From positions 1 to 16,875 of the forward strand of contig JAYUUO010000043.1 of NCBI GenBank assembly GCA_043754515.1: a stretch of 16,875 bases of DNA, given 5' to 3'. Shown piece by piece: positions 16,530 through 16,875 of the stretch (the first letter of the stretch is position 1; each line of letters opens with the position of its first letter). A model generated the notes under the pieces. That model was not told where the DNA came from. It saw only the letters and a program-made list of their open reading frames with translations, and searched no databases. Made by a program: the position numbers and the translations under genes. The DNA is from Armatimonadota bacterium. GTDB lineage: Bacteria > Armatimonadota > Armatimonadia > Armatimonadales > Armatimonadaceae.

Positions 16530-16677
16530 GTGAGGTGTGGAAGATACCAACGCGGAGTGTTCGGTGGCCTGTGCGCTTTGTGGTATGGACGGTCTCGCGA
16601 ATGTGCTCGGGAGCGGCCAGGTAGCGGAAGACGTTTCCTAACAACCCTGCGGGCACCCTTTTATGATCCCCAGGCTA

Positions 16678-16875
16678 AGAACCTATCCTTAAATAACCCT
16701 GTATAATTCCCATAAAGAGGTTCTAACTCGTGTCGCGACAATATCAATCTTGGGAAGTATCTGAGGATCTCTGGCAATGGTCGAACCACTCATACCGCAA
16801 CGGCAACGCGTGGGAGGCAAAGAATACCAACGTAAACCTGGCGGTGGGCGCAAGTCGATACCCTCCCGGCGCATT
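16678..16875 (+). mobile_element. Left end of an IS5-family insertion sequence (truncated by window edge)
   Basis: Putative terminus AGAACCTATCC after CTA, TATAAT at 16702-16707, AAGAGG RBS, then a transposase N-terminus. The exact end cannot be confirmed without the right inverted repeat. Confidence 0.75.
16730..16875 (+). pseudogene. IS5-family transposase N-terminus with a 1-nt frameshift at about 16775
   Basis: GTG 16730 reads SRQYQSWEVSEDLW; the frame from ATG 16777 reads MVEPLIPQRQRVGGKEYQRKPGGGRKSIPSRRI. Together these give the W.VSD..W..VEPLIP...RKPGGGRK pattern of IS5 transposases. Confidence 0.8.

Noticed and set aside
16689..16874. 61-aa minus-strand ORF
   Set aside because: Antisense to the IS5 transposase N-terminus.

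Overview
GC-rich bacterial chromosomal segment. Left to right: a long palindrome; a frameshifted fascin-like/PA14 gene; a 1068-aa fusion of an ImmA/IrrE metallopeptidase, a UvrD/PcrA helicase and a Cas4/AddB-like Fe-S domain; a stand-alone rpsL-rpsG pair (consensus sigma70 promoter, long structured leader, strong hairpin after rpsG, no fusA/tuf); about 2.9 kb of gene remnants (restriction-endonuclease-like, APC-transporter tail, PP2C tail, nonsense-split dual-specificity phosphatase); a GH2 glycosidase; tRNA-Pro(CGG); a TrmH/SpoU methylase; folC; a candidate ECF-sigma-driven small RNA with an anti-Shine-Dalgarno loop; a SAM methyltransferase; a secreted DUF3298/RsiV-like protein; a Zn alcohol/formaldehyde dehydrogenase; a low-GC, possibly barstar-like ORF; and the left end of an IS5-family element cut off by the window edge. 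The best leads are the candidate sRNA (about 12885-12956, minus strand), the rpsL leader and the protease-helicase fusion. Family assignments come from motif recognition by eye; no searches were run.
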